The position numbers were made by a program, and so were the translations under genes. Below, piece after piece: positions 24,908-36,663 of a stretch of DNA of 55,613 nt. Source of the stretch: Chiloscyllium plagiosum (taxonomy: Eukaryota); NCBI RefSeq assembly GCF_004010195.1, contig NC_057720.1:9436466-9492078 (forward strand), in the 5' to 3' direction. Below the pieces are notes generated by a model. The model was not told where the DNA came from and made no database searches. It worked only from the letters and a program-made list of their open reading frames with translations. Numbering within the stretch: position 1 is the first letter of the stretch; every line of letters begins with the position of its first letter.

Positions 24908-24963
24908 TTGTGATGGATTGAGAGTCCAACTATCTACTCCCTTGCTTCGTGTAATTAATGCCC
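24908..24963 (-). CDS. Candidate exon (56 nt, phase 1-0; ALITRSKGVDSWTLNPSQ)
   Basis: Donor 'CAA|gtaagg', acceptor 'ctcctatgatgacacag'. An upstream, stronger acceptor (exon start 25040) would include an in-frame TAA. Confidence 0.4.
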
Positions 24964-25139
24964 CTGTGTCATCATAGGAGCCGAAATATCCATCAAGTTA
25001 TACGGTAATTGTGTCAGCTGTGACAATGAGCTTCTCTAGACTGAAGGAGAAACTGTTGTCTTCTGGTGAAAGATGGAGCAGATTGGTCCAAGACCCACTG
25101 GAGTTTAGAAGATTGGAATATCCAAGATGGAGGACAGGT

Positions 25140-26290
25140 AGTTGGAGGATCTGAGCTACAGGGAGAGGCTGAACAGGCTGGGGCTGTTTCCTCTGGAGTG
25201 TCGGAGGCTGAGGGGTGACCTTATAGAGGTTTACAAAATTATGAGGGGCATGGATAGGATAAATAGGCAAAGTCTTTTCCCTGTGGTGGGGGAATCCAGA
25301 ACTAGAGGGCATAGGTTTAGGATGAGAGGGGAAAGATAAAAAGAGACCTACAGGGTAACTTTTTCACACAGAGGGTGGTACGTGTATGGAATGAGCTGCC
25401 AGAGGAAGTAGTGGAGGCTGGTACAATTGCAACATTTAAGAGGCATTTGGATGGGTATATGAATAGGAAGGGTTTGGAGGGATATTGGCCGGGTGTTGGC
25501 AGGTGGGACTAGATTGGGTTGGGATATCAGGTCAGCATGGATGGGTTGAACCGAAGGGTCTGTTTCCATGCTGTACATCTCTATGACTCTTTTAAGGTAG
25601 TGGTTGGCAGATTTAAAACGGAGGTGGGGAGGAATTACTTCTCTCAAACGTGGAATTCACTCCCCCAGAGTGTGGTGGATGCTTGTACATTGAATAAATT
25701 TACAAGGATGTTACCTGGCCTCAAGGGTCTGAGATAGAGGGAGAGTTTGGACAAACTGGGACTTTTCTCTTTGGAGCGTAGGAGACTGAAGGGTCCTTAT
25801 AGAGCTGTATAAGATCATGAGAGGCATGGATAGGGTGAATGCAGCAGTCTTTTTCCCAGGGGTGGGGAATCAGTTTAAGGTTAAAAGGGAAAGAAGGAAA
25901 GGATAAAAGGGAATCTGATGGGAAACTTTTTTTACACAGAGGGTGTTATGCATATGGAATGAGCTGCCAGCAGAAGTGACTGAGGTGGGTACATTAACAA
26001 CATTTAAAAGGCATTTGGATGTATGCATGGATAGGAAAGGATTAGAAGGATATGGGCCAAGTGCAGGGAAAGGCGGTTACCGTGAATGGATATTTTGGTC
26101 GGCATGGATCAGTTTGGGCCAAAGGGCCTGTCTCCATGCTTTAGGACTCTATGAGGAGATAAACAAATTTGTAATTAGTAACGGGTTGAAGGGTTATGGG
26201 AGCGGACAAGAAAGTGGAGTTGAGGCCGAGATGAGATCAGCCGGGATCATACTTACTGGGAGAGCAGTCTCGTCTGATGTTCTTATGTTT
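25140..26290 (+). mobile_element. Tandem/nested CR1 3' ends
   Basis: 'EDLSYRERLNRLGLFPLECRRLRGDLIEVYKIM' and repeated CR1 3' UTRs. Confidence 0.9.
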
Positions 26291-26417
26291 CTGCAGGCTT
26301 TACCAGGGTAGAAGCTGAGAGAATGTTTCACCACATGTGGGAGATGATTTCAAACTCAGAAGCACGGCTTCAAGACAATGGGTTTCCCATTTCAGCCAGA
26401 ACACGACAAGCAATTTT

Positions 26418-26790
26418 ACTCAGAGGTGAGTCCCAGACTGGAGGCTGGCACAGGGGTGAGACCCGGACTGGACGCTGTTGAGGGGAGGGGAGTCCCGGAC
26501 TGGAGGCTGGCAAGGGGAGGTGAGTCCCGAGCTGGAGGCTGGCGCAGGGGGTGAGACCCAGACTGGAGGCTGGTGTGAGGAGGGGTCTCCCAGACTGGAC
26601 GCTGGCACGGGGAGGTGAGTCTCAGACTGGAGGCTGGCGAGGGAAGGGGGCTCCCAGACTGGAGGCTGGCAAAGGGAAGGGAGTCCTGGACTGGACGCTG
26701 TCACGGGGAGGTGAGTCTCGGACTCGAGGCTGGTGAGGGAAGGGGAGTCCCAGACTGAAGACTAGTGAGTGGAGGTGTGTTCCGACTGAA
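26418..26790. repeat. G-rich ~31-bp minisatellite (ggggaggtgagtcccagactggaggctggca-like)
   Basis: About 11-12 imperfect tandem units. Confidence 0.9.
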
Positions 26791-26869
26791 GGCTGTTGCT
26801 TCATATAAAATAGTCACATTTCTGTGAGTTTGAGCTTCATGCATTAACATCAGTGTCTGACTGAGGGGG

Positions 26870-27210
26870 TTCTGCATTTCCACAGGCCAAGGCTTATTTC
26901 TGCCGACATGGGGCTCAATCCCACCACTGACTTTAAATGCAAACTGGAATCTAGGGCTGGTCTCAGTGATGGTGACTCTGAAGCTGTCATCAATTGTTGG
27001 GATAAACCATCCAGTTCACTAATGTCCTGTAGGGAATGAAATCTGCCATTCTTACCTGGTCTGGCCAATGTGAGACTCCAGACCCACAGTGATGTGGTTG
27101 ACCTGTACATGCCCTCTGAAATAGCCAAGAAAGCTACTAAGTTCAAGAGCAATTAGAGATGGGCAGCAAAGGGTGACCTTGCCTGTGCTGCCCACATTCA
27201 ATGAACAAAT
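26870..27210 (+). mobile_element. SINE of the 10315-10660 family
   Basis: Shared core and LINE-like 3' tail 'aattagagatgggcagc...gcccacatt'. Confidence 0.7.
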
Positions 27211-27780
27211 AATTATTGGCAATGCTCTCTGTTAAATAATAGGATGAGCATGTTTAAATGGAGGCATTTAGCACTTTTTTTTAACCGTTATTTTAAGAAA
27301 AGCAGAGAATTCTGAGTTTCCTGATTTACATCCTTCAACTGTCCAACATCACCACAGTACATTATTTACAGACCAAATCAGAAATTGCTGGAAAAACTCA
27401 GCACGGTTTGGCAGCACCTATGAAGTGAAGGCAGAATTAACATTTTGGATCCAGTGACCCTTCTTCAGAATCCTTTGAATTTTATTTACAGTAAATTATC
27501 TTGTAATCTGTTCACTTGCTGTTTATGGGACCGTGCTAATTGCAAACTCAAGATGCCACATTTACTCTCCATAACAATGTAAACTGAACTTCAAAACTAA
27601 TTCATTCACTGGGAAACAGATTGTGACCTCGTTGTAACTGGAAATCCCTTTTTTGTTTCTCAGTGCGAGGAAGCGCAATGAGAGGAAGATTCAAATGTTG
27701 ACATTGGACCCTACGCGAGGGATTTCCCTGTTAAGTATGAGACCCTTAAAACAAATCTCATTTACCTCCCTAATCCCCAC

Positions 27781-28574
27781 TGTAGTGATCGGAATACAGT
27801 TGACCTCAGACTATGAGCTCCGAAAACAGAAATTGCTGGAAAAGCTCAGCAGGTCTGGCTGTATCTGTGGAGAGAAATCAAAGTTAACATTTCAGATCGA
27901 GCGACCCTTCCTCAAGAATCGTGTTCTGGACCCTTAAACTCTCATCTCTCAGGAAGGGTCACTGGACCCAAAACGTTTACTCTGATTTCTCTCCACTGAT
28001 ACAGCCAGACCCGCTGAGTTTATCCAGCAATTTCTGTTTTTTGTTTCTGATTTACAACATCTGCGATTCTTCTGGTTTTTATTCAGAATACATGTTTCCT
28101 GATTGGCCATTAACCTGGTCCTTTCCGGGAGTTTTGGCTGACAGATATAAAAAGGATGTGGAGGTGCCAGTGTTGTAGATGAGTGGATAAGGTCAGAGAT
28201 CGCTCGACACCAGGTTATAATCCAACAGGGTTTAAATCAGAGTGGTGCTGGAAAAGCACAGCAGGTCAGGCAGCATCCGACGAGCAGGAAAATCGACGTT
28301 TCGGGCAAAAGCCCATCCAACAGGTTCAGTTGAAATCACAAGCTTTCTCAGCGCTGCTCCTTGATCAGGTGACCTGACGGAGGGGCAGCTCTCCGAAAGC
28401 TCGTGATTTCAAATAAACCTATCGGGCTATCACATGGTGTCGTTAGAGGACTGTCAGAGGCTCTGTCCCCACGAGCAGCTGGCTGTGAGCTAGCTGGTCA
28501 GAGTCCATGTACTCTGCGCGTGTAAATAAAGGGTGACTATGTGACAGGATACCAACCTTTGTGGAGTTATTTCA
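27781..28574 (+). mobile_element. Solo LTR (TG...CA) carrying three nested fold-back PLE-type insertions
   Basis: Starts 'tgtagtg', ends 'ttatttca'. Flanks cccac/cccat (5-bp TSD, one mismatch). TATA-like 'gatataaaaa' near 28145 and AATAAA near 28525. Confidence 0.7.
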
Positions 28575-29634
28575 CCCATAATATCCAACAATCTCATGAC
28601 AAGCTAACATTGTGCTTGCAAGCTTGTCAGCGCAGCTATCGAATCGAGTGAAAAAGGCCTTGGATCCATGTCTACACCTCCGTAAGCTGTTCTGAAGTGT
28701 GTGGCGCACCAGTAACCGAGCTCAGACTGTCACACTTGATCAAGTAAATATTTTTTTCTCTCTTTTAAAAGCAAACAGAGGAGCACAGCATGAGCTCTCC
28801 CAAGCATTCCAGGCGGTTGATGGGGGATGCATCTGGTTCTTAACGTGACACGGACCACTGAGAACGCATCATTCTTCCTGAACCTGACAGCACACTGTAA
28901 ATATTACAGATTGGTCAGAGGCAAATGATGTGCATGCTCCCAACAATACAAATCGTGAGTAATTTGGCCCAATAATGATTGATTGAATTCATGCAGTTGT
29001 TTGGCTTTTATCTAGTTGTGGCACACAGATCACTCGTTCTAGCTTTCTTTCACTTTGATTTGTCTGCTCGTTCTTATCATGAACACAGTCCTGTCTTTCG
29101 GGAATATATGAATAATTCCTAGTGTATTCAAAGAGAGTTCTTGTGAGTGTACAATCTAATGTTTTGGCCTTCAGTGAAATCCAGTCAATGAGGTACCTTC
29201 TGCCTAAGGCTTTACATGTTAGAGTTTCATTCTCTTTAAAGTCTGGCAATATTTTATTCAAATGTTTTTTTTGATCACGCACAATTTCCCTTAAGAATAA
29301 TATTTTTGACAAATTCTTTTGTTCATGCAACTGCACTTCTAATGTGATTCAATTTTTAAACAGATTAATGTTGCTTCAAAACAGCTTTCTTTTCTGTGTA
29401 CAGAATCACTTGTTTATAAAAACGCTTGTGGAGAATAGGAAATCGACCTGATATGTTAACTCTGCATTCTCTCCATAGAGGCTGCCAGACCTGCTGAGCT
29501 GCTCCAGTGATTTCTGTTCTTCTTACACGATAAGTTAACCCTGAATCAACCAGCTGTCACTGCAATGTATTCACTTATGCCCTCTGATCTTAGGCATGTT
29601 ATTCATGGGAAAGAGGTTCTCATGATCTACTCTG

Positions 29635-30625
29635 CCATAGAGATGTACAGCATGGAGACACACTCTTTGGTCCAACTTGTCCATGCCAAGCAGATATTCT
29701 ACAGTGATCTAGTTCCTTTTGCCAGTATTTGGCCTTATCGCTCTCAATCCATCCTATTCATAGAACATAGAACAATACAGCACAGAACAGGCCCTTCGGC
29801 CCACGATATTGTGCCGAACATTTGTCCTAGCTTAAGCACCCATCCATGTACCTATCCAATTGCCGCTTAAAGGTCACCAAAGATTCTGACTCTACCACTC
29901 CCACAGGCAGCGCATTCCATGCCCCCACCACTCTCTGGGTAAAGAACCCTATACCTTCCACCCTTTACCTTAAATTTATGTCCCCTTGTAACACTCTGTT
30001 GTACCCGGGGAAAACTTTCTGACTGTCTACTCTATCTAGTCCTCTGATCATCTTATAAACCTCTATCAAATCACCCCTCATCCTTCGCCGTTCCACGCTA
30101 ATACACCATAGGCCTTCTTACAAGCTCTATCCACCTGAGTGGCAACTTTCAAAGACCTATGAACATAGACCCCAAGATCCCTCTGCTCCTCCACCTCACT
30201 AAGAACCCTACCGTTAACCCTGAATTCCGCATTCTTATTTGTCTTTCCAAAATGGACAACCTCACACTTGGCAGGTTGAACTCCATCTGCCACTCCTCAG
30301 CCCAGCTCTACATCATATCCAAGTCCCTTTGCAGCCAACAAGAGCCCTCCTCACTATCCACAACTCCACCAATCTTCGTATCATCTGCAAATACGAATCC
30401 CATCCAGATGCCTTTTAAATGCTGTAATTCTACCAGCCTGCATCACCTCCTCTGGCAGCTCTTTCCATACGCGTACCACCTTGTCCACGATAAAGGTCTC
30501 TTTTAAATCTTTCCCCTCTCACCTTAAGCCAATACCCTCCAGTTTTGGACTCCCCGACCCTGGGGAAAAGGTCTTGGATATTCTCCCAATCCATTGACTC
30601 TCCATGATTTTATAAGCTTCTGTAA
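29635..30625 (-). mobile_element. CR1 3' end with a second CR1 subfamily nested inside (about 29758-30392)
   Basis: 'KCEVVHFGKTN...EQRDLGVYVHRSLK'. Two distinct CR1 3' tails. Confidence 0.85.
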
Positions 30626-30946
30626 GGTCAACCCCATCCAGTTCACTAACGTCCCCTGTGGAAAGAAATGTTGCCCTGATCTATAGCAATGTGGTTGACA
30701 CTTAACTGACCTCCAGGCAATTAACAAACATCTCAAAAATAGCAGATACTAGGAAGGTGTCACAATGTCAGAGGATTCCTGTGATAACTCCATACATTAA
30801 ACTCTTTATGAAACTTGTTGAGCATGAGTTCCCTTGGTAACAGGCAATGGCCTGTTCAGCTGGAACTCCTCACCTGAGCCCTGTGTAATAGCATCTCTGG
30901 ACAGGTTAATGTAGGCTAAAAAAAAAAATAAAATTACAAAGCCTAC

Positions 30947-31058
30947 CTCTTGTGGCTCAATAGTGGTATCACTATTTCTGGATCAGACAGCCTGGGTTCA
31001 AGTCCCATCTGCTCCACAGTTGTGTAATAACATTTTTGGGCAGGTCGATTAAAAAAAA
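30947..31058 (+). mobile_element. ~110-bp tRNA-like module (short SINE or Pol III-like unit)
   Basis: A-box-like 'tggctcaatagt', B box 'ggttcaagtcc', then 'ctgctcca...tgtaataacat...caggtcgatt'. Other copies at about 31673-31785, 31995-32093, 35503-35615, 35710-35823, 36151-36242 and 5083-5188. Confidence 0.7.
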
Positions 31059-31562
31059 CAGATTAATAGAAATTCAATCAGTCCCACTCCCTTCCTGCTC
31101 TCTCTGCCCTTCTCTCACTTATGATGATTTGTCATGGCCTATTTGTAAAGGCTTTGCTTGTAAATGTTCAATTGCCTGCACGGGTATGTTATTGGTCAGG
31201 GTTACTGTGTTAAAATAAAAAGCAAAGAAAAGGTCACAATGTCTTGGTGGTGGGAAGGTGGCTTTGTTGTGCGTGATATAATTCGGGATGTAAAGAAAGA
31301 AAAAGAAGAAAAAGCAGACCCAACCTCTTCCCACTCTCCCTCTCTGTCCCTCACTGTTGGTAGCTGGCATTATCCATAATGAGCTGCGCATGTAACTATT
31401 CAATTGGCCACATGGGTGTTTTACAGGTGGCGGTTAATTGTTAAAATCAAAAAAATGGTCACAGTGATTTGGTGATGGTAGAGTAGCTCTGTGTGTGTAA
31501 TAATCTCTCCAGATATAAAGAAGAGAAAAAAGGAAAACCAAAAAAAAAGCAGACCCAGGGGT

Positions 31563-31634
31563 GTTATTGCGGTGCAATGGTAGCGAATCTAACTCCAGAT
31601 CGGGAAGTAGCCTGTTTGAATCACGTCAGGCTTA
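31563..31634 (+). pseudogene. tRNA-Trp(CCA) pseudogene
   Basis: 'ggtgcaatggtagcgaatctaactCCAgatcgggaagtagcctgtttgaatcacgtcagg' aligns colinearly with vertebrate tRNA-Trp. Anticodon CCA at 31595-31597. Acceptor stem and T loop (TTT instead of TTC) are broken. Confidence 0.8.
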
Positions 31635-32187
31635 AGCAGCTTCTCCTCAGCTCAACCTCCTATACTTTGGGAACTGTGGTAGCACAATGGTAGTGTCCCT
31701 GCCACTGAGCACGGAGACCAAGATTCAAGTTCCACCTGCTCCAGACGAATGTCATTACATCCTTGAACAGATTGCTTAGAAAATATGAAGGGCTTTTGTA
31801 CGAAATGTTGATTTTCCTACTCCTCGGATGCTGTCTGACCTATTGTGCTTTTCCAGCACCACACTCACGAACCCAGACGATTAATAGCTAAAAACAAATT
31901 TAAAAAGTCACGGTGGTTTGGTGGTGGAGAAAAACAAAACATTCAGTTGTGTGTACGTGCATTTCAGGAAATAAGTAAAAGGCAGATGAAAGGCAGGGTA
32001 GTGTCCCTTTCCCTGGGCCAAGAGACCCAGGTTCAAGTCCCACTTGCTCCAGAGATGTGTAATAGCATCCCTGAACAGGTAGATTCATAAATATATATAA
32101 TAGAAAGCAGAGGCAGGGATGGGTCTGCAGATCTGTCCTCCCTGGGCTGGGATGAGTCTACATACATCATGAGTAGTGGCTCTACTT

Positions 32188-32388
32188 TGGTTTGGAGGAG
32201 CCGGTGTTGGACTGGGGTGTACAAAGTTAAAAATCACACAACACCAGGTTATAGTCCAACAGGTTTATTTGGAAACACGAGCATTCAAATCACTGATGAA
32301 CCACCTGATGAAGAAGCAGTGCTCTGAATTCTAGTGTTTCCAAATTAACCTGTTGGACTATAACCTGGTGTAATGCAATTTTTAACTC
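32188..32388. mobile_element. Fold-back PLE-derived element (family B)
   Basis: Arms 'agttaaaaatcacacaacaccaggttatagtccaacaggtt' / 'aacctgttggactataacctggtgt...tttttaact'. Confidence 0.85.
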
Positions 32389-33272
32389 ACTTTTAGTATC
32401 CAACAATAAACAATGTTCTTTTCCAGGTGGGCTTCCTGAGTTATTACAATCCTTCAGACTGTGATATACGACTCTCCATACAGAGAGAAAACTTACTCCT
32501 CTCCACTTCTGAGCATAAGGCTTCTGTGTCACCCCCATTTCCTTCTGTAAATAAATGACCCAGTCTTCAGGCATCTCTCCCCTACATTGTAGAACTTCAT
32601 TCCTGACCCTGTCCCCACTGCTACATCTCTCCACATCTCCAAACCTCTTCTCATAAAGCAGTCCATCCAGTAAAAGACAGACATTTACTCCTGTTCAATG
32701 CTTCCAATGCTATCAGAGCACTCCAAATGCATTCATCGTCATTGAAAAACCTTTCATTAAAGGCTAATAACTATTTTTTTTAATGAAGGATGTTCCTTCT
32801 GGAGTTCAGACCAATGAGAGGTGATCTTATGAAACCATGAGAGATTCAGAAAGGGCTGAACTGTGAGGATGGTTCTCCTAACGGGGAGCCTATGGGTCTC
32901 GGTTTCAAATTAAAGGCCTTGCGTTGAAGGTGACGATGAGGAGGAATTTCTTTCCCTTGTGAATCATGAATCTATGGAATTCTTACCCCCACCAGGGAGC
33001 AGTGGAGGCTGGCTCTTTGAGTAGATTGGAGGAAGAGTTTGACATATTTATGAAGCTTTGGGGAGTCGAGGGTTGTGGGGAGCAGACCAGTAAGTAGAAT
33101 TGAGGCAAAGATCAGATCACCCAGAGGGAAAAAGCAGTAAAGAACCAGGGAAAATAAAAATACTCTTGGCCTATTGCACCATCATTTTGGAAGTATACTG
33201 GAAAAAACAGTCTGTCAATTACATTGGTTGTATTTTCTTCCTCTTCTGGGATTATACATGATCTGATCAAAC

Positions 33273-33572
33273 CATAGAATCCCTACAGTGCGGAAGCAAA
33301 CCATTTTGCCCACCAAGTTCACACCAACTCTCTGAAGAGAATCCCACCCCAGACTTGTAACCCTGCATTTTTCATGACTAAACTACCTCACCTGCACACT
33401 AAGGGGGAGTTTCTCACGGCCAATCCATCTAACCTGCACACCTTTCGACTGTGGGAGAAAACCCACGCAGACACAGGGAGAAGTGTAAACTCCACACAGT
33501 CGCCTGAGGCTGGAGTCTAACCCAGGTCCTGGTGCTGGGAGGCAGCAGTGCTATCCACTGAGCTACTCTGCC
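33273..33572 (-). mobile_element. HE1-like SINE
   Basis: Head, core and tail on minus strand. Confidence 0.8.
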
Positions 33573-34749
33573 ATCTGGTAAACCAGGCTCAGGATTGCAG
33601 GAGAATCTATGGACTACTCGTTCTGTCCAGTAATTGGACCTTAAATGTTAACTCTGATTTCTCTCCGCAGATGCTGCCAGACCTGCTGAGCTTTTCCAGC
33701 AATTTTCATTTTTGTTTCTGATTTACTGCATCCATTGTGCTTTTGGTTTTGACTCCTTCTGTCATGTTTGATGTTGTTCTGAATGAGCCAATATATGCAC
33801 TGCAAGATCCCACAAATGGTCAAGTGATAAATTACCAGGTGCTGTGTTTTTTTTAATGAGGTTGGTTAGAAGACAAAGATGGACCTGGCCAACAGGGAGT
33901 ACACTTACTTTGATCTTTTATATCTGCCTCAGAATGCATTATTCATAAGACTGTTCTAGTGTAGCACTTCCTCAATAATAGTGTTAGAGTTGATTCTGGC
34001 ATTTAGTCTCTGTATGTGACTTAAGCCCATGAATGTCTGATTCACAGGCGCGAGTGTAAGTAACTGAAAAAGTCTTCAGTTCTGATCCACCCTCGAGGGA
34101 TACATTCCACATGAAAGACGTGACACATTTACAGTTTGGAAACTCTTCAGTCACAACAGACCAATGCTCCAGCTGTGACTTCAAAGCAGCCACAGCCATC
34201 AGTAGCACAGAAAACATTGACGTCATTGTCTGATTATTTGAAAACCACACCCTCAATCGGTAAAAACACAATGAGTTTTGCCAGAGCTGAGGCCACTCCC
34301 TATTGACTTGATGATTGCAGCAACTCGGGGCAAGAGCAGAAATCCCAGAGAACATTCTCACAAGTGAATAGGACTGGACAGTGGGAAGTCAGGAAATTCT
34401 ATCCCTGAGGAAAGGGTTAATATGAATTGCATATTACATCAGCTTCCTTTGTTGCAAACCTACACAACAGTTATGTCGCTTCCCGTCAGGATCCAAAGCA
34501 TTTCTGGACTGAGGTTTCTGTGAAGTCATTCGGCTTTTCATTAACCTCCTCTGCACATCTAGGTGCAACCTTAACCCTCTCTGTCATATCGGAAAGAGAG
34601 GTTAGTGGGAGGTGATGGAACGATATCTGTGTAACTTTATTCTTGGTCCAAAAGCCAACCACAGTCAGATTGTCCTCAGAGGAATGCTTTTCAGTCAAAT
34701 GAGTCAGTATTTTCACTACAAATCACACTATCGTGTTAAGAAATTATGC

Positions 34750-35306
34750 TTGTCACAGAGAAGTATAGAACAGGAACAGGCCTTTCGGTTCAACTCGTCC
34801 TATTTGACAGCATTTGGCCCATATCCCTCTAAACCCTTCCTATTCATATAACCATCCAGATGCTTTTTAAATGTTATAATTGTACCAGCCTCCACCATTT
34901 CCTCTGGCAGCTCATTCCATACATGCACCAGCCTCTGTGTGAAAGTATTGCCTTTTAGGTCCCTTTTAAGTCTTTCCCCTTTCACCTGAAACGCACGCCC
35001 TCTAATTTTGGACTCTGCCACATTGGGGAAAAGATCTTGGCTGTTCACTGTATCCATGCCCCCTCATGATTTTCTAAACTTTTATAAGGTCACCCCTCAA
35101 CCTCCAACACTCCAGGAAAAACAGTTCCAGCCTCTCCCTACAGTTCAACCCCTCATTGTAAATCTTTTCTGCACCCTTTCAAGTTTCACAATCTCTTTCC
35201 TATAGCAGGGAGACCAGGATTGAACGCAGTGCTCTGAAAATAGCCTAACCAAAGTCCTGTACAGATGCAACATGACCTCCCAACTCCTGTACTTAATGCA
35301 CTGACC
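34750..35306 (-). mobile_element. CR1 3' fragment
   Basis: 'LYRTLVRLFSEHCVQSWSP', 'FTQRLVHVWNELPEE'. Confidence 0.85.
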
Positions 35307-36663
35307 ACAGTTGGTCAGCAGCTGTTTGAAGTATGATGATCTCTGTTCATCCACAACTGAGCACAGTGGGATATTCCTCTGTCAGGAACTGGGTGTCAGT
35401 GTTAGAAAGGGCAGTCGACTTAAAGATAAAGCAGTACAGCCGCGGAGTTGCTTGAGAGGCGTAGATGCTGTCTGGACTTTGTATTTAAGAGCTGGCTCTG
35501 GGCTCTTGTGATGCAGCGATAATGTCCATTAGCCTGAACCAGGAGGCCAGGGTTCAAATCCCACCTGCTCCAGCAATACGTCATAACATCTTTGAACAGG
35601 TTGATGCAAAAAATAAGGAAGAGCTGGGTTCTGAGGAAGAATAACAAGAGCTGGGATCTTCCATCCAGTTAAAGTAGCTCAGTCTTGGAGTGAAGATTGC
35701 AGCTAAGAGCTTTTGCGGTACAATAGTAGAGTCCCTACCTTGAGGGCTACATGATTCTGGTTCAAGTCTCACCTGCTTCAGAGTTGTGTGATCACATGTT
35801 TAAAAAAGGTCGGTTAGAAATATCTCCACGTATGTGTTGAACCTTTCTCATTCAATCCCTGACTAATCTCCCTCTGTCTCCTTCACATTGAGAGCTATTG
35901 CATTGATCTTAACGGGATTGGAAGGTAAATTGATTAATTGGAAATTATTTGGTGATGTAGTGGTGGTGAATAATGGAGGTAATTAACATGGAGTCATTTT
36001 GTGATGGAGAAAAAAACATCTTCAGTTGTGTGTGATAGTACCTCCTGGATGTACTTGTTCTGGAAAAAGAGCATCAAACAGAGCTGAGTTCTCACACTTG
36101 GATGAAATAGTTCAGCTGGAGAGAGTTGGATTGAGAATCTAAAGGAGGAGCTCTTGTGACACATCAGTAATGTACCTCTGTGCCAAGAACCCTGCATTCA
36201 GATGTGTGTAGTAACAACTCTGAACATGTTGGTTAAAAATATTAGAGTTTTTCCTCTCTTCTGCATTGATAGTCGAGCCCAGATGCCCTTGAGGAGGGAG
36301 CACGCTGTGCCCATCTACACCCTCAAAACGCTTAGAAAGAGGTGGCCACCCCAGGGACTGGATGGCATCACCTTGCCCTCCAGCACCGTCCTGATTCAGT
36401 TTCTTCTCTCTTTTTAGACCTGTTCTGAATTTGTTGCTGTTGCATTGCCCCACTGGGCAGTGCGTGTAATTTGTTCCTTACTTAGTTCATTAAACAGGTG
36501 ATTTGTTGGTGAATTTTCAAATAAGAAAGAGCTGAATTCTTCTCATGGGTCTCTACTATCCAGCCATTGGGGGAGACAAAATTCACAACATACTGCCCTT
36601 CACCATCAGGTCCAGAGGGTGGAGGCAGCTGGGGCCCTGAAGTGGGATCTTTGGCGGTCAGAG

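Noticed and set aside
26418..26790. CRISPR-like periodic repeats
   Set aside because: Units are contiguous with no unique spacers, and the context is vertebrate. This is a minisatellite, as is 20087-20292.
24769..27734. Plus-strand exon-like segments (24769-24837 and 27664-27734) with good splice signals
   Set aside because: Their open frames are not phase-compatible with each other and the peptides are unrecognisable, so they are not called.
34570..34626. Minus-strand peptide 'DIVPSPPTNLSF' reminiscent of a fibronectin type III start
   Set aside because: The frame closes within a few codons, the acceptor is poor, and no other FN3 motifs follow.
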